The notes beneath the pieces were generated by a model, which was given only the letters and a program-made list of their open reading frames with translations, was not told where the DNA came from and did no database searches. A program made the position numbers and the translations under genes. A stretch of 63,927 bases of DNA, counting the filler, from Choristocarpus tenellus KU-1152 (lineage: Eukaryota; Protista; Phaeophyceae), in assembly GCA_964200185.2 (NCBI GenBank). It is 11 parts of 11 records of this genome, joined end to end, with 100 filler letters (N's around TTAATTAATTAA, not from the genome) between each part and the next. Parts side by side here need not be neighbours in the genome. Positions count along the whole stretch, not along the records: positions 1 to 10,897 come from CAXNAD020002643.1; positions 10,998 to 20,929 come from CAXNAD020003273.1; 9 more parts are not named here. The stretch is one strand, 5' to 3'. Shown here in pieces: positions 1 through 12,519 of this stretch (positions within the stretch are counted from its first letter, which is position 1; every line of letters begins with the position of its first letter).

Positions 1-19
1 CCCCCAGATACTACGAGCC
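1..19. mobile_element. Terminal fragment of family-B MITE
   Basis: CCCCCAGATACTACGAGCC matches the family-B end CCCCC-AGATACTTTG(A/G)G(C/T)C. Confidence 0.6.
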
Positions 20-414
20 TGCAACCTATCTCAAGCATCATGTGGGGATAGCGACAGGCTTCCAATCTTGCACCTCCTGCGTCTTTGATACCACTGTATG
101 TATCCTCATCTTCCTTTGACCCCCTGTGGACTAACATTGCAGCAATTTATGCCTTCCCTACCATAACAAAAATGTAGGAATCCTTCGTAATGGTAAGATA
201 TGCCACTGTGCTTCTGAGTAACATCCATCCAAAAACATGAAAATTCGATCCCACTGTTCGGTTTGGGTACGCCTCTACAGCTGTTGAGGTCAGTACACCA
301 AGCCAACGATTACCCCATGGAGTGAATGAGCTGTAAGGTCCCCACACAGTAGTGATCTCTACACGTAGCCCTTACCCTTAAGTAAAACTATGCGTAAGCT
401 AGTCCGACTCTTAC

Positions 415-3400
415 CTTTGCAAGCAAGGGTACAACCAGCTCAACCTTCTCAGGATCATCACCCACTTCAGGAGAGATGAAACCTGGAATAGAAATGAGGA
501 GGGAGGAAAGAGTCAAACATTTCCCAGCTGAGTAAGCAAAGCAAGGTGACCCTCCACACTTCCGTGGATATCGAACACAGTGTAGCTGCAACTACAACAG
601 GGTAGGACGGGGAAGAGGTGGGGGCAAATAAAGCAACCTCAGATATTAATGGAAGAACAGGCAAGTAAGTGTCATAACTTGCACACGTTTAATACAGAAG
701 GAGCGCTTGAATATGCTTTGGGGTGAGGGAGCAAGGCCTCTGGCATATATGGATCATTATGGGAGGAATTCCTTGTGGGGGTGCAACTGCTTTCCCTTTC
801 AGAACATAACAATGCACCCTGTTTCCTTATCTCTACCACCACCAAGGTTTGAGGTTGCCATTAGTTTCTCAGCCATAAGCATAGTTTGGAGAGAGAGAGG
901 ATTACCAAGCACAATGAGATCCTCCAGGGTGCCAGTATAGTCCTTGGCGATGAGATGGCACACATATTCAAGGAGAGCATACCGTTGGTCATCCGTTACC
1001 TGAAGACAATTGTTACTGTGATTATGAGTAAGTGTTGCTGTGGTGTGGGTGTGAGCCTGGTAAATGTTGCAGTTAAAGGGGTTGACACAAACTACTTCTA
1101 AGGCCGTAGAGCTTGTATTCTAAGCACAACATTGTACCATGTTTAACACCGCGCTTTAGAGATATTGGTGCACTCACTCTTCACATGACCTGTGGGGATC
1201 AGGTGCACACAAGCAGAGACAGGAGTGAGACAATTTAATCACATGCTTATGGAAAGAGGAAATGTTGACCTACACTGCTTGGTTCACCTCGGTCATCAAG
1301 CCAAAATCCAGCACACACAAGGTCCCATCTGGCTGTATGAGGAAGTTTCCAGGGTGAGGATCAGCGTGTAGGAACCCGTTGTCAAGGAGCTGAATGAGGT
1401 ATGAGTTGAGGAGAGTGGCCTAATATGGATGGAAAAGGTTGCCGGGGTGGGGAACGGATTACAGGCGAAGGGGAGAGGGGATGGGGGTTGGACAAAGAAA
1501 TAAATTTCAAAATTCAATTGACTGTCACACACAATGTTGTCCTACTATAAATTCAGTACCACTTGGACCCCCCTTCCAGGTTTGGGGTAGGATTTTGTGG
1601 CAAAGTATTTTAGAGGGGGGGGGGTGTTTAGCCCAGGTTGTCAATTCCGGGCTGGATGGGGTGTTGTAAGATACCCCAGTTTTATTCACTCTTTGGGAGT
1701 GAATTTCCTCCAGATTTTGGTTCAGGCAGGGGGATAGAAAAGGAAGGCGTGTTAGCATGAACGAAATTGCTCTTATATCTGACGCATTTACTCAGATGAC
1801 ATGAAAATCACTGCAGGTTCACACCAGCCTCGAATCGATGCCTGGCCCGCCCCTCTAGGATACTATGGATCTTTACCTGAAGAGTGGCAAGTTGAGCTTT
1901 CCCCTGTGGTGTTTTTGACTCCAGTGAAGATATCTTCAATCCCTCCACCCACTCTGACACTAAGATGTATCTTGTAGTTAGTCCCAGGTGAACCTAGTGA
2001 GAGTGGTGAGTTGACGTTTTTTTGGGGTGACAGATGGCTTCACCTTCCCTGCTTCTCGAAAACCCGCAAGTCCATAGTGTTTCTGCCCTAGGTCGATCCA
2101 GTCCAAGTCAGTACCCTGCCTCACCTTCGGCCCAAGTCCACACTCCTACCCTATCCCTGCACAAGTCCTGTGATGCACGATCAGTCTACTTTGATATGAG
2201 CACTTGCTCCTGCTTTGAATTGATATAAATTATTATTAAAAGTGGAAAATAGATTGCTGAAGTGCTTATGTGAGAGTGCAAAAAATAGTGCATGTCTTAC
2301 TCTGGCCTTATTTTTGTGTCTTAAGGGTCAGGAACGTTGCAGGAATCATCTCACGGTTGATTATTGGGCTTCTAGTGACACGGTAGGTTGGTAATTAGCA
2401 CACCAGGCTGAGATTATAATAGTTTCTCCTACTTTTCCACTTTTTAATCTCAGCTCCAGAACACTGCTACTGGGTACCCATTCACAGGTGGAACACCCTC
2501 AAGTTTTCAACCAGCCACCACTTACGGTCACGTGCTCTCAAAAATCTCTCATACGTTTTGTGGAACTCTTCTTGATCCCGAATGAGAATGTACAATCAAC
2601 TGTGTATTCCTTCCTGTGCCCCTACTCTCCTGACTTGCTCATACCTCGGGAACCTTGATGGTGCTACCGAGGGCAGCATGGGTTGACATCTCTGCAGAAA
2701 AACGCAATGCATTCCTAGCCTCTAACTGGTAGTCCATCTCCTCCATGAAGCGGACAGCCCAGCTGTCGATAAGACTCATCACAGACCTCGATGTGTCGCG
2801 AAGGATATCTACAAGGCTAAACAAGGTATTGTCACAGAAAACGCAGGGCAAGTGCAAGGTCTGGTTTGAACAAAGGAGAGAGCAAAAGCGGTTTGTGGCA
2901 GGGAAGTGCAGGGCAGTGACGTTGCACTCATGAGTAATTCTTTCCCTGCCTCTGCTTCTTCTACAATTGTACTCCTACACCTCTCACCCAAGCATCTGGA
3001 GTATGATACGAATGACATACAGGTCGCGGGTTACTGTGGCCAGGACCTTCGGCCTCTGAACTTTCACTGCGACCGTCTCGCCTGTCTCTTTCAGCACTGC
3101 CTTATATACCTGAACACTCCCACGGCATGGTAAAGAATAGAGAATACGAGGGGAGGGCAACGGAATAAGGTGGGCATGTGAAGAAGAGTGTGAAGTGTAA
3201 GGCAATACCATTTGCCCAGCAATCTCCACCGCCCCGAATATATTCACTCCAAGCCCCAATCCACGCCTTCCATCTCTCAATCTTTCCAAGCATTCACCTC
3301 CCACAACAGAGGAAAATTGCTTTTACCTGCCCCAAGGAAGCTGCAGCAATCGGTCTGTCAAAAGCCCTCAGATTGACAAAGACATCCTCTACTGCAGTGC

Positions 3401-6400
3401 CCAGCTCACGCTCAAGTATCTCCTTTGCCTCATCCGAAGAAAACTCAGGAACACGGTCCTTGCGCAACCATGAGGTACAATAATGCAAGAGAGCAGGAGG
3501 GTAGTCCAAAAACAAAGTTTAGTCTCTTTAGGCATGAGGAAGAATCCACGCTTTTGCAGCGGTTTTTAACTCTTTATTCAACATGACTACAGGGACCTGT
3601 GCAAGGAGGAGTGAGGGGTTTACACTAGTAGGCTGTACCCTGCTTCTTTTCCAAATCCGAATCACCCCACTACCACAGAGTTGTTGCAAAAGCTTGTCTG
3701 TGGGGGTGGGACACACCTGCAGTTTCTGCATCTCTGAAAGGTAAATGGGGGGAAGGATGTCTGGGCGGATTGAAGCTCCCTGCCCCACCTGCATACATGT
3801 CGTGGAATAATGGTGGGGAAGGAGTTGGGGGACTGGCATACATGACGAGGTATGGGATTGAGAATTGGCAGCTCCGCCATGTCAAACAAGAAAAAAGAAG
3901 GCATCACTTCTCCCTCCTTCAATGCCCGAACGCTCTACCCCTCTCTTCAATAGCAGGACTTTAGTTGCATCAAGGCATGAAGCAAGAAAAGAAGGGAGGC
4001 CATTCACCACTCTGTGTCACAATCTTGGAAAACCCAAGGGGCAAGTGGGAAAATGTGGTCTACTGCCCAGCTTATTCTGCCATGAGGGAAAAGTAAACCT
4101 TGATGAAGGCAGGTCCATTAGAACTCGTAAACTCGCGCATTTGTTTAGCTCGAATAGGCATATTGACATCCCAGTTGTCGGTGAGGACATCTGCAATCAC
4201 GTTGAGAATGAAGTGTGCCAGGGAGCCTGAAACCTCAATGAAGCGCTTAGCCACCAAGAGTGGCTTCTTCTGGTAGTAATTATTCAGCTGTGGCAAATCA
4301 AGAAGGTGATTTGTTTGGAGAGGTGGTGGTTGAGGACCATGGCACAGGTGCAGGAGCATGCAGAACGAGGGAGGGGGGAAATGAAAGGACAAGGAAATGC
4401 CTTAGCTGCTTTCTATTCACGTCAGCAACGGTAGCAGGGACTTGATAAAGTCTGGTGGATTCACAGTATTGCTACAGAACATCAGTATCCTTGTAATTTA
4501 AGACCTTCACAACCCATGGTATCTTAGAGGGGGGGGTGAGTGTCCGTTCAGGGCTTGTGTGAACCTTTAGTGATTTTCATGTCGTCTGAGTGAACGTTTT
4601 AGATGCAAGGGCAATTTCCTTCATCTCCCTGCATGAACTAAATCCAAAGAAAAATCCCTTGCAAAATGAGCATCAAACTGGGATATCTTACAACACTTCA
4701 TCGAGCCCCGAATCGATAACCTGGGCTAAACACCCCCCCCTCTAAGATACTGTGGGTCTGACCCCGTAACTGCACCTCATCAAGATTATACTCAGTTGGA
4801 ATAGGTAGTGAGTTATCTCCAAACTTCTCCACGAACAACTTCAGAACAGCAGCAGATCCCAAGAGGGAAAGTGAGCCCACCACAATCCCTGCCTGGTCAT
4901 GGGAAAGGCCAAGCCTCTCCAGGGAAGCCTGTGCCACACTGGATAGATTGATGTCATCAAAGTTACATGGGATGAGGTGGTGAGGAGCTTGTTAAAAAAA
5001 AAGTGCATATATTTGCAATGCTCCCACACATGATTATTGTACATTCGCGGATGTCAGTGCTTGTAGAGCTACTCAACCTCTGCCTTGAGCACATGCAAAC
5101 TTTGACACCTTATCATAGAGCGTAGCTGAAGCTTCTTTGTATTAATTCTCTGTTGATTGTTGGCAGTCGGTGTGTAGTTTTTTAGTTTTGCCCTTTAGCT
5201 GGATGTGTCCAAATAGAAAATGGTTCGAAGGTCAAGCAATCTATCTCTATTGAAGGAATCGAAACTGATCAAGTCTTACTGAAGTATTTCACCCAACTGC
5301 AATGGTAGTAAATATGAAGAGATTGAATACACGAATGAGGTGAGATATAGAATAACCTGATGGCAGGTCCCATGTATTTATCAACAGCCTCAAACATGCC
5401 ATCAGTGGTATCCCAAATTTTCCCAGGGAGAGGTATATGGTTCATTGCAGACTCCATCGCTGAGGTCATGTCGTTGACCTAGGGATGGAGAAGAAGTGGT
5501 GTTAAAGCAATACAGCGATGAATTTCGCCCTGGGGGGTGGTTGGATAAGGCAGCAAAGGAACATAGTTTCTTCTGATGCACCGCAAGTGAAGGTGGGCCA
5601 CGACTTTGGATTCAGAGGCACTGGCAGATACAGCAGTGCATGGTGTTATACAGCTTTTGCCTTATTTGACTACTAATACTTCATCGTGTGACAGGAACCT
5701 TACAGAGAGAGGAATCACCAGGCTTACACACCGTTGATATAAAGTGTCAAGCAGCCCCTTGGGCACATATCTCAAAACAATATCATACACTCCCATAGCA
5801 CTGGTCGTAGGTATAGAACTTACCACTCCTTGCATCTGTTGTGCAACACTGATGTCTGCAAGATCACCCAGTAGTTTCATCTGCTCATCATTGAGAACAC
5901 TCAGGATTACAGGGGAATCTTCGACTGAGAATCCACGGTAACCTGTCAATGGTTGGGAGGGGCACATGTTTCGTACTTCTACAACGCTGATCGTTCAGGG
6001 TGATTAGTCTGGGTAGTATTGTCGTTCGCTGTTCTAAATATGCACTTTGAAGCAAGCTGCGTCAAGCTCACTGTTGTTCATGGTGTAGCTTATGGCATGT
6101 TTTCATACTCAGCAATTGAGGGGATGTACTGCTGGAGCAAAAACATGAGGATTAAAGCTTGAACGAATCTAAGCACTTTTGGAAATATCTAGATGAGAAG
6201 ATAACGACACGTCTACACATGACCCTGTTTTCGTCGAAGGACAGCCTTCTCGTAATTCGTAGTCATTCCCCTTGATCATACATACTCCAGTTTTCCAGAC
6301 ACAACTTCACCGAGATCCAAGTCAGTTTACCCTTTTTCTTCTGGCAGAATGGAGGCAAGGGGGTTGCTACGCCAACGCTCTCACCATCTACAAATGCTCC

Positions 6401-6751
6401 CATGCGCGCTCCCATATCGGTTGTCAGATCGAACCCCATACTTGCACCAGACTCGACCACCATGGTAAGGACGCCAGTACCCTGTGATCGACGACCCTCA
6501 GCTATGTGGCACGTCCATTTGAGCTTAATGTCTGCCCTACATACAAAATTCTTCGAGAGTACCCCTCCAGTGTCGTCTCGATCGAAGACGTGCTGGGATG
6601 CATGTGCTCGTCCATCGTGAGACAGGCCACGAAAGATAAACTGTGGAAAGCTTGCTGGCGGCAAGAACCCATTAGATCCAACCAGTAGAGTTAAGCATGC
6701 TGCCAGAGGACCACGAACTAAGGCAGGTCGATCTTGCGTGATTATCCGCAT
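415..6751 (-). CDS. ABC1K: ABC1/UbiB-family atypical protein kinase, probably plastid-targeted; 13 exons, 3' end outside the window
   Basis: GT-AG exons in consistent phase: 6385-6751, 5728-5942, 5357-5478, 4776-4938, 4099-4287, 3717-3788, 3327-3458, 2988-3109, 2645-2816, 1877-1993, 1288-1419, 906-999, 415-482. The spliced protein has GPAFIKVGQ (KxGQ), IAAASLGQV, VAVKVQRP, EEMDY, HADPHPGN and LDFGLMTE. The N-terminus has a signal peptide followed by SNG/FLPP. Confidence 0.95.
1597..1871. mobile_element. MITE family C copy, in an ABC1K intron
   Basis: Ends GTGGCAAAGTATTTTAGAGGGG... and ...CCCCTCTAGGATACTATGGATC. The interior is the reverse complement of the 4511-4758 copy. TTT flanks both sides. 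Confidence 0.8.
4511..4758. mobile_element. MITE family C copy, in an ABC1K intron
   Basis: TIRs AACCCATGGTATCTTAGAGGGGGG and CCCCCCTCTAAGATACTGTGGGTC. Flanks are TCAC and TGAC. Confidence 0.85.
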
Positions 6752-7059
6752 GGTCGGGCCGCACTGTGCCCCCGTGATGTTTGCAGTTGGTGTCTTAAAC
6801 CTCGATTAGGATCACAGAGAGTTGTTTCACCTTGCCGTTACAGTGGTGCGTGTTCTAGTATCTACTATGTGATTGATGGTCCATTTATTTATCATTCTTA
6901 TTTTATTTTTATTTTTGGTATTTAGTGGTAACTATATTGAGGATTGGCGTGTTGGTGGTATTGGCATATCACAGTTTTTGGTTGGAGAGGATAGGGAAGC
7001 AAATACTATGATAAGTATCTACAATAATGTCCACTAGCATTATTCATGCAAGGAGGGGA

Positions 7060-8225
7060 GAGAAAGACCAAGATCAAGGCTGCGAACACTTCTACTAGGC
7101 TGGTCATTTCCAAAAGACTATAAAACTGAATTATTCCACAAGGCCCCCTGGCGGGAGATTGTTCCTACGAACCAATGTTCACACTAATACTATGTTGCTC
7201 CAGTCTAGCCCTATTATGAAGGTGGGCAAGGACCCTTCTTGCCCATCAGCCAGATGTCTCCACCTTGAAACAGACACACCTCGAAAGAGTTAACTGTACA
7301 ATTATTACAGAAAGTGACATTGTTTCAGATGGGTCTTGACAGCCCCTTTCCTATTACTATAATATATCCTCAAGACCCACTCCCCCCCTCCTACCAGTAC
7401 AACATAATAGGAGGTTTACTCATCAAAGAAGCTCTCTGCTTCCTTACCGAGGTACCAAAAACTTTCTACCTCGAAGGTATTATTGAGATAATTACTGAGA
7501 TACACATTGTTACGCCCACTGACATTTTGCAGATGTTTATCTGCGAAATCCTAGATACATTGTGGGGGAAGTTGTGGTTTTAAGAAGGGTGCTTCAGTCA
7601 AACAATAGTAATGGACTTGGTGGAGTGTCGATGTCATACAACCAGCCATCCATACATTGACTGAATTTAAAGCACTTAGGCCTTGAGAATGCAAGTATTG
7701 AGCTCGATGAACTGATACACCTGAGGCCCTGTCATAAAGCACTTGCACGTAAAAACAACTCCAAGCTTTCTGAATCCTCTGGCTTATCTCAGCACTTGTG
7801 GTAATAGTCAGGTCGTTACATGGTGGTTCCACCAACGTAAACAAACTAATTACTCTACTACTTGTCTGGTCTAGTGCCTGGTTTTTCATTAACTCTTCAG
7901 CCTGGCAAGGAGGCCAAAGACACATGGTCTACATTTCTAATGCCAACATAGTCACATCGAATGAACTGGGCACCTTCAAAATCACCATCATGCTGTCCAA
8001 ACAAAGTAATCCTACTTGCGTCTTGGAGATAATGCCCTCATCATCAGCATAAAGCATACCCTGCAAGAAGATCGGCTCAAGTGTTACCTGACTTCCTGGT
8101 GCTCCTCCCTTCTGATCTGGTTGTTTGTGGTCTCTATCTTGATGACAACAAGATCCTTGGAGATCGAGCGCGTCAGAGGTGAACACAATGGCACACTGTG
8201 ACCTATCGTTATTACTATCATGCAA
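7060..8225 (-). mobile_element. Decayed non-LTR retrotransposon (RTE-like) reverse transcriptase fragment
   Basis: GMLYADDEGIISK (RT catalytic YADD, about 8020-8060), then AEISQRIQKAWSCF and LYDR, typical of the RTE-clade post-RT region. Broken by stops and frameshifts. Confidence 0.8.
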
Positions 8226-10564
8226 GTTTTTGTATTATGTGTATGGTATGCATGTATGTATTGATTGATTGTTGCGCGTTAGTTCGATCGAAACATACAT
8301 CGTGCAACAGGCGTTGTTGAGGAGAAAACGAAATACAGCATGCTCGGACTCTCGGTCAGAGAAAGGCGATACAAAGAAGGCAGAAAAAGAACAAGTATTG
8401 GCAATTAAAAGCTTATCATGTCTTGCGAGTATCCCACAAAAATCCAGAAATGAACACAAAATAACGCAATACATCACAACTATTCGCATAGAATTGATGT
8501 AGACAGGCATATATGAATGTAATAATAGTAGGATCTATGAATATCCACAAAACCTGCCGCAAAAAATCGATCAAGTGTACACCTATATAAATGTAGTGCT
8601 TCAAACTACCTACCGCCACTTAACTAAGGAATGTTCAGTAACATCGAAGAGATGTCAGGTGTACACTAATAGAAACTATAAATACATATTATTTCCTGTG
8701 ACTACGCTAAAGAGTAAATATATTACAACCACAATTGATGCAAGAAATATGTACCAGTCAGCCATCCAAATCTTGGCATCAGCAACTTTCATTTCATCTC
8801 CCTCTCACTATGACACCACCTTTCCTGTCACAAATACTTGTGGGAGAAAAAGGCAATTTAGAAGGGCTGTAGCGCCAGGGCTGAGATCTGTCAAAGGTAT
8901 TACTTCCGAACTGAATAGCAATATCAAGATAAGGAAAAAGAACGTAAGAGTTGCCAATGCATCGCAGTGGTGACAAAGAAGATAGATGCACAGGCACAAC
9001 AAGAAGTGGAGACTATGTTTGTTAGGATGAGGCTTGCACTCTTCCTCCTTTGCTGAGGCAAGATCACTCGGACCAAAGCCCTTCACCATGTTGCGGACAG
9101 AAGCAATGTGACCAATAAAAGCAGAGAAAGGTGCAAGACACCTAGGGAAGGGACTGGGACAGGACAGGAAACAGATAGGCGAGGGATAAGCAGTAGAGAA
9201 GCTCAACGGGGCATGGAAAGAAACCAGTCTACTCCAGAAGTAGCAATCACATATGGTTCAATCAATGCATCTACGACATCAAAATGATCACAGCTATCAA
9301 CAATTGATATCACTGAAAGGTTAATAATTTGAAACAGAATGAAAACTCAATCCTATCCTTCCTTTATCCTTACACTATTGCAGTATAACATTTAATGCAC
9401 ATAGAATGATTTGACACCCTTGCAACAAATATAGATGTTCTAAGTCACAGCTGTTAGCTAGGCACTTCCCTCGCCAGCCTCCTCCATACCCTGACCTTAG
9501 TACACCATCTTTCATTCAGCACATACTACTATGTAATGAAAGTATTTTAAATACAAACAAAAAGTACAAGAACTAGTAAGTACTTGTGTGAAAAACTGTT
9601 GGGGAGCATCAGAACTCAAAAAGGGGATGGAAACACTAAAAAAATCAATTGCATCAACAAGAAAAATATGTGCTCCATGCGACAGCACATAAACTGTTGG
9701 ACACTAAAAAAAGGTGACCTTTGAGCCCCCCCCCCCAAATAAAAAACCAAACCCACTTAACTATACTGAGACTACAAAATCTACTTGCACACCAGAGAAG
9801 ATCTGTGATCATTAAGTGCAACATTCAGCACTCAGCAGGTAACATAAACCTCTCCTCCTCTCATGTCCGACAGGCAAATACATCCACAAAAAAAATAATC
9901 TGATGTATAGAGGGCTATGATCAGGGGCACACGTCTACAGAAATGAAATTACCTCAACACCATTTCAACCTTTCCATTTTAATGTCACTGTTTAACACTA
10001 CTGTTAATTATGCTATCCTTTAAATTTACCACAATATACTGACCTGGAAACTCAAATGTTTGACCAAAATAAATAAAACGTTTTCTTCGTGCACACGGTT
10101 CACACTAAGGTTCATTGGCTTTATACGCCTGATCAGGGTGAGCTAATGAATACCACACAAATACCGTTTTTCACACACAGAACATTCCTCGTCGTACACA
10201 AAAATGCAAAAAAAAGAGGACTGAAATCACCCCTCCACACCTCCACCACTATAGATTTTCCCCATCAACAATACCTATACCTGTGGGCAGGCTCCTAAAT
10301 AGTCTAGCCCCACCCCTATCCCCCGTGGATAATATATACTATGGTTGTGGGTCAGCTCCTACAGACGACCTGTACTACAACCAAGCCATAACAAGGGGCA
10401 GACAATAATCCAACTACACCTCCTGTCTGATCCCCTCCCCCCTTCCCCCCCTTCCCTGCTACAACCGCAGCTGCAGCAACTCAAAACCAACAAGCCAGCT
10501 TCCACTATTGCGCTGCTTCAGGTCTTGATCCCAGCACAAAACCTCCCTCTTGCCCTGCACAAAA

Positions 10565-10849
10565 TCACAAGAAGAAGAACCGATTTACATCTCCTCCACG
10601 GTCCCCAGCCACACTATTATCAACAATAATCCCAACCCCATTAACAGTTTCATCCCCACAGCCCAACTCAGCAGCGCCTCCAGACCGTTCCCTTCCACCC
10701 AAGGTAACCCCACAGTATCCGGGCATGACAGCCAGGCACATATCTGTGAGTAGGTCAGTCAGAGCACGCATCAAAAATAACACCAGTCCAACCACTGCAG
10801 ACCGTGTAGAGGTGAAGGCATACTCCACAGTGAAGTCTGGGTGGGTCAG
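10565..10849 (-). pseudogene. Possible exon or pseudo-exon of an unknown gene
   Basis: CAG acceptor at 10852-10850 opens LTHPDFTVEYAFTSTRSAVVGLVLFLMRALTDLL...; no recognisable motif. Confidence 0.3.
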
Positions 10850-10897
10850 CTGTACAGGGTGGTGGGGGGGAGGGCAAACGGGGATGGGGGGAGGGAG

Positions 10898-10997
10898 NNN
10901 NNNNNNNNNNNNNNNNNNNNNNNNNNNNNNNNNNNNNNNNNTTAATTAATTAANNNNNNNNNNNNNNNNNNNNNNNNNNNNNNNNNNNNNNNNNNNN
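10898..10997. other. Artificial contig-joining spacer (first of 10)
   Basis: N44-TTAATTAATTAA-N44, which puts stops in all six frames. Identical spacers at 20930-21029, 24601-24700, 27686-27785, 35261-35360, 45061-45160, 49545-49644, 53674-53773, 56789-56888, 61320-61419. A separate 10-N gap lies at 33927-33936. Confidence 0.99.
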
Positions 10998-11239
10998 AGG
11001 GTAGAGCCGCGTCCATTTGGGGGTCAGAATCCAATGTTGCGATTTTGATGTAATTTTGGCCATCGCGTTTGTTAGGAGATGTCAATATCCTTGTTCCGGA
11101 CACTCTTTTCCATAATGTATACATTTTACCTACTCCTAAACATTTTTGAGTAGGTAAAATGTCACTAAAAACCCGTGGAAAATCAAGCCCCAAATGTACA
11201 AAGAGAGAAAAATTCGTACCCTCTAAGATACTTTCACTC
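10998..11239. mobile_element. MITE family A copy (left end lost at contig break)
   Basis: About 260-bp family consensus, ending TACCCTCTAAGATACTTTCACTC. Confidence 0.93.
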
Positions 11240-11892
11240 CAATACGTCCAAGGTCATGACTCAGTGTATACAAATCACAACCCTTCTTCCTCGCCTCTTT
11301 GCGTTGCTCTGGCACAAGAGTCATTGACAGATAGATAACAAACAAACATAGACGGAATATTATCCCGTACTTCATACCACCATCCAAAACGCAAAGGGAA
11401 ATATTTACAACAGGTAAACCCCTCTTCCACCCCTCGTCCAAACAGCAAGAACCGCCTAACCCAAATATTTGAACACAAGGGCAACATAACTTTCCATAAT
11501 CACACAGTCTACACGTTTCCAAGCGCCAAGCGCACATCATAAACGCATTTGATCCCACAATACGTCAAAAAAGGACAAACCCTCACTACTGAAGACAGTA
11601 AATGCATCATTGTTGAAACACCTGGTCGGGACCCAAATGGACTCCCCAGTGCAGAACGAGAATGAGAAAAAAGATAACTGATTTGAACATCAACAATATT
11701 CTAGAACACGCTTGAGATGCGAGAGTTGATCTCAAACCGTCAAAGGAGGAAGCCATCTCGCTAGGAAAAGGCGAGAACATCAACATCCCTCCAATACAAG
11801 AGATCAGATTGGTCAATATATACTCCTCCCAATTCAGCAGTATGATCACTTTGAACACGGAAGGAGCACAAGTAGGAATTTGATGTTATGTT

Positions 11893-12155
11893 GAGTCAAA
11901 GTATCTTAGAGGATATAGAGCTGCGTCCATTTGGGGCCAAAATCCAATGTTACAATTCTGATGTAATTTGGGTATCATCGTGTTTGTTAGGAGATGTCAA
12001 TATATCCTTGTTATGGGCACACCTTTTCATAACGTACACATTTTACCTACTCCAAAACTTTTTGGAGTAGGTAAAATGTCATTAAAAACCCATGGGAAGC
12101 CAAGCCCCAAATAGACAAACAGGGAAAAACTCGTACCCTCTAAGATACTTTACTC
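11893..12155. mobile_element. MITE family A, full length, TSD GTT
   Basis: GTT|GAGTCAAAGTATCTTAGAG ... CTCTAAGATACTTTACTC|GTT, with an internal 16-bp stem at 12038-12079. Confidence 0.95.
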
Positions 12156-12519
12156 GTTGCTGGAATATTTGGACGAAGATCCTTCTTTTTTTTTTACTCC
12201 CCATATTCCACCGATTGTTGTCTTGATTGTGCACATTCTATAAACTTGTCTCGGCAGTGTTTCGCAGGGGAAACACAAACAGAGGATCTGGACCCCAAGC
12301 CCTAAGCGGACATTTTGACGGTGTATGTGAGGGGAGAGGTAGGTATTCAGATTACAAGAAATTCGGACCACAGAAATACGTGATAATAATTGTCGTGCAG
12401 TTTTAGGCGTAGTGCAACACTCCCACATCGTTGTAACAAGGACTTATGGTGGCATAAGAAAGGAAAGCTAGTATTTCAAGACCAGATGTCGAGGGGAGGG
12501 GAACGGAGGGGAGAGGTGA

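Noticed and set aside
10942-10953. Recurrent palindrome TTAATTAATTAA as a biological motif
   Set aside because: It is always centred in identical N runs, so it is an artificial six-frame-stop linker. Gene neighbourhoods across linkers were not interpreted.
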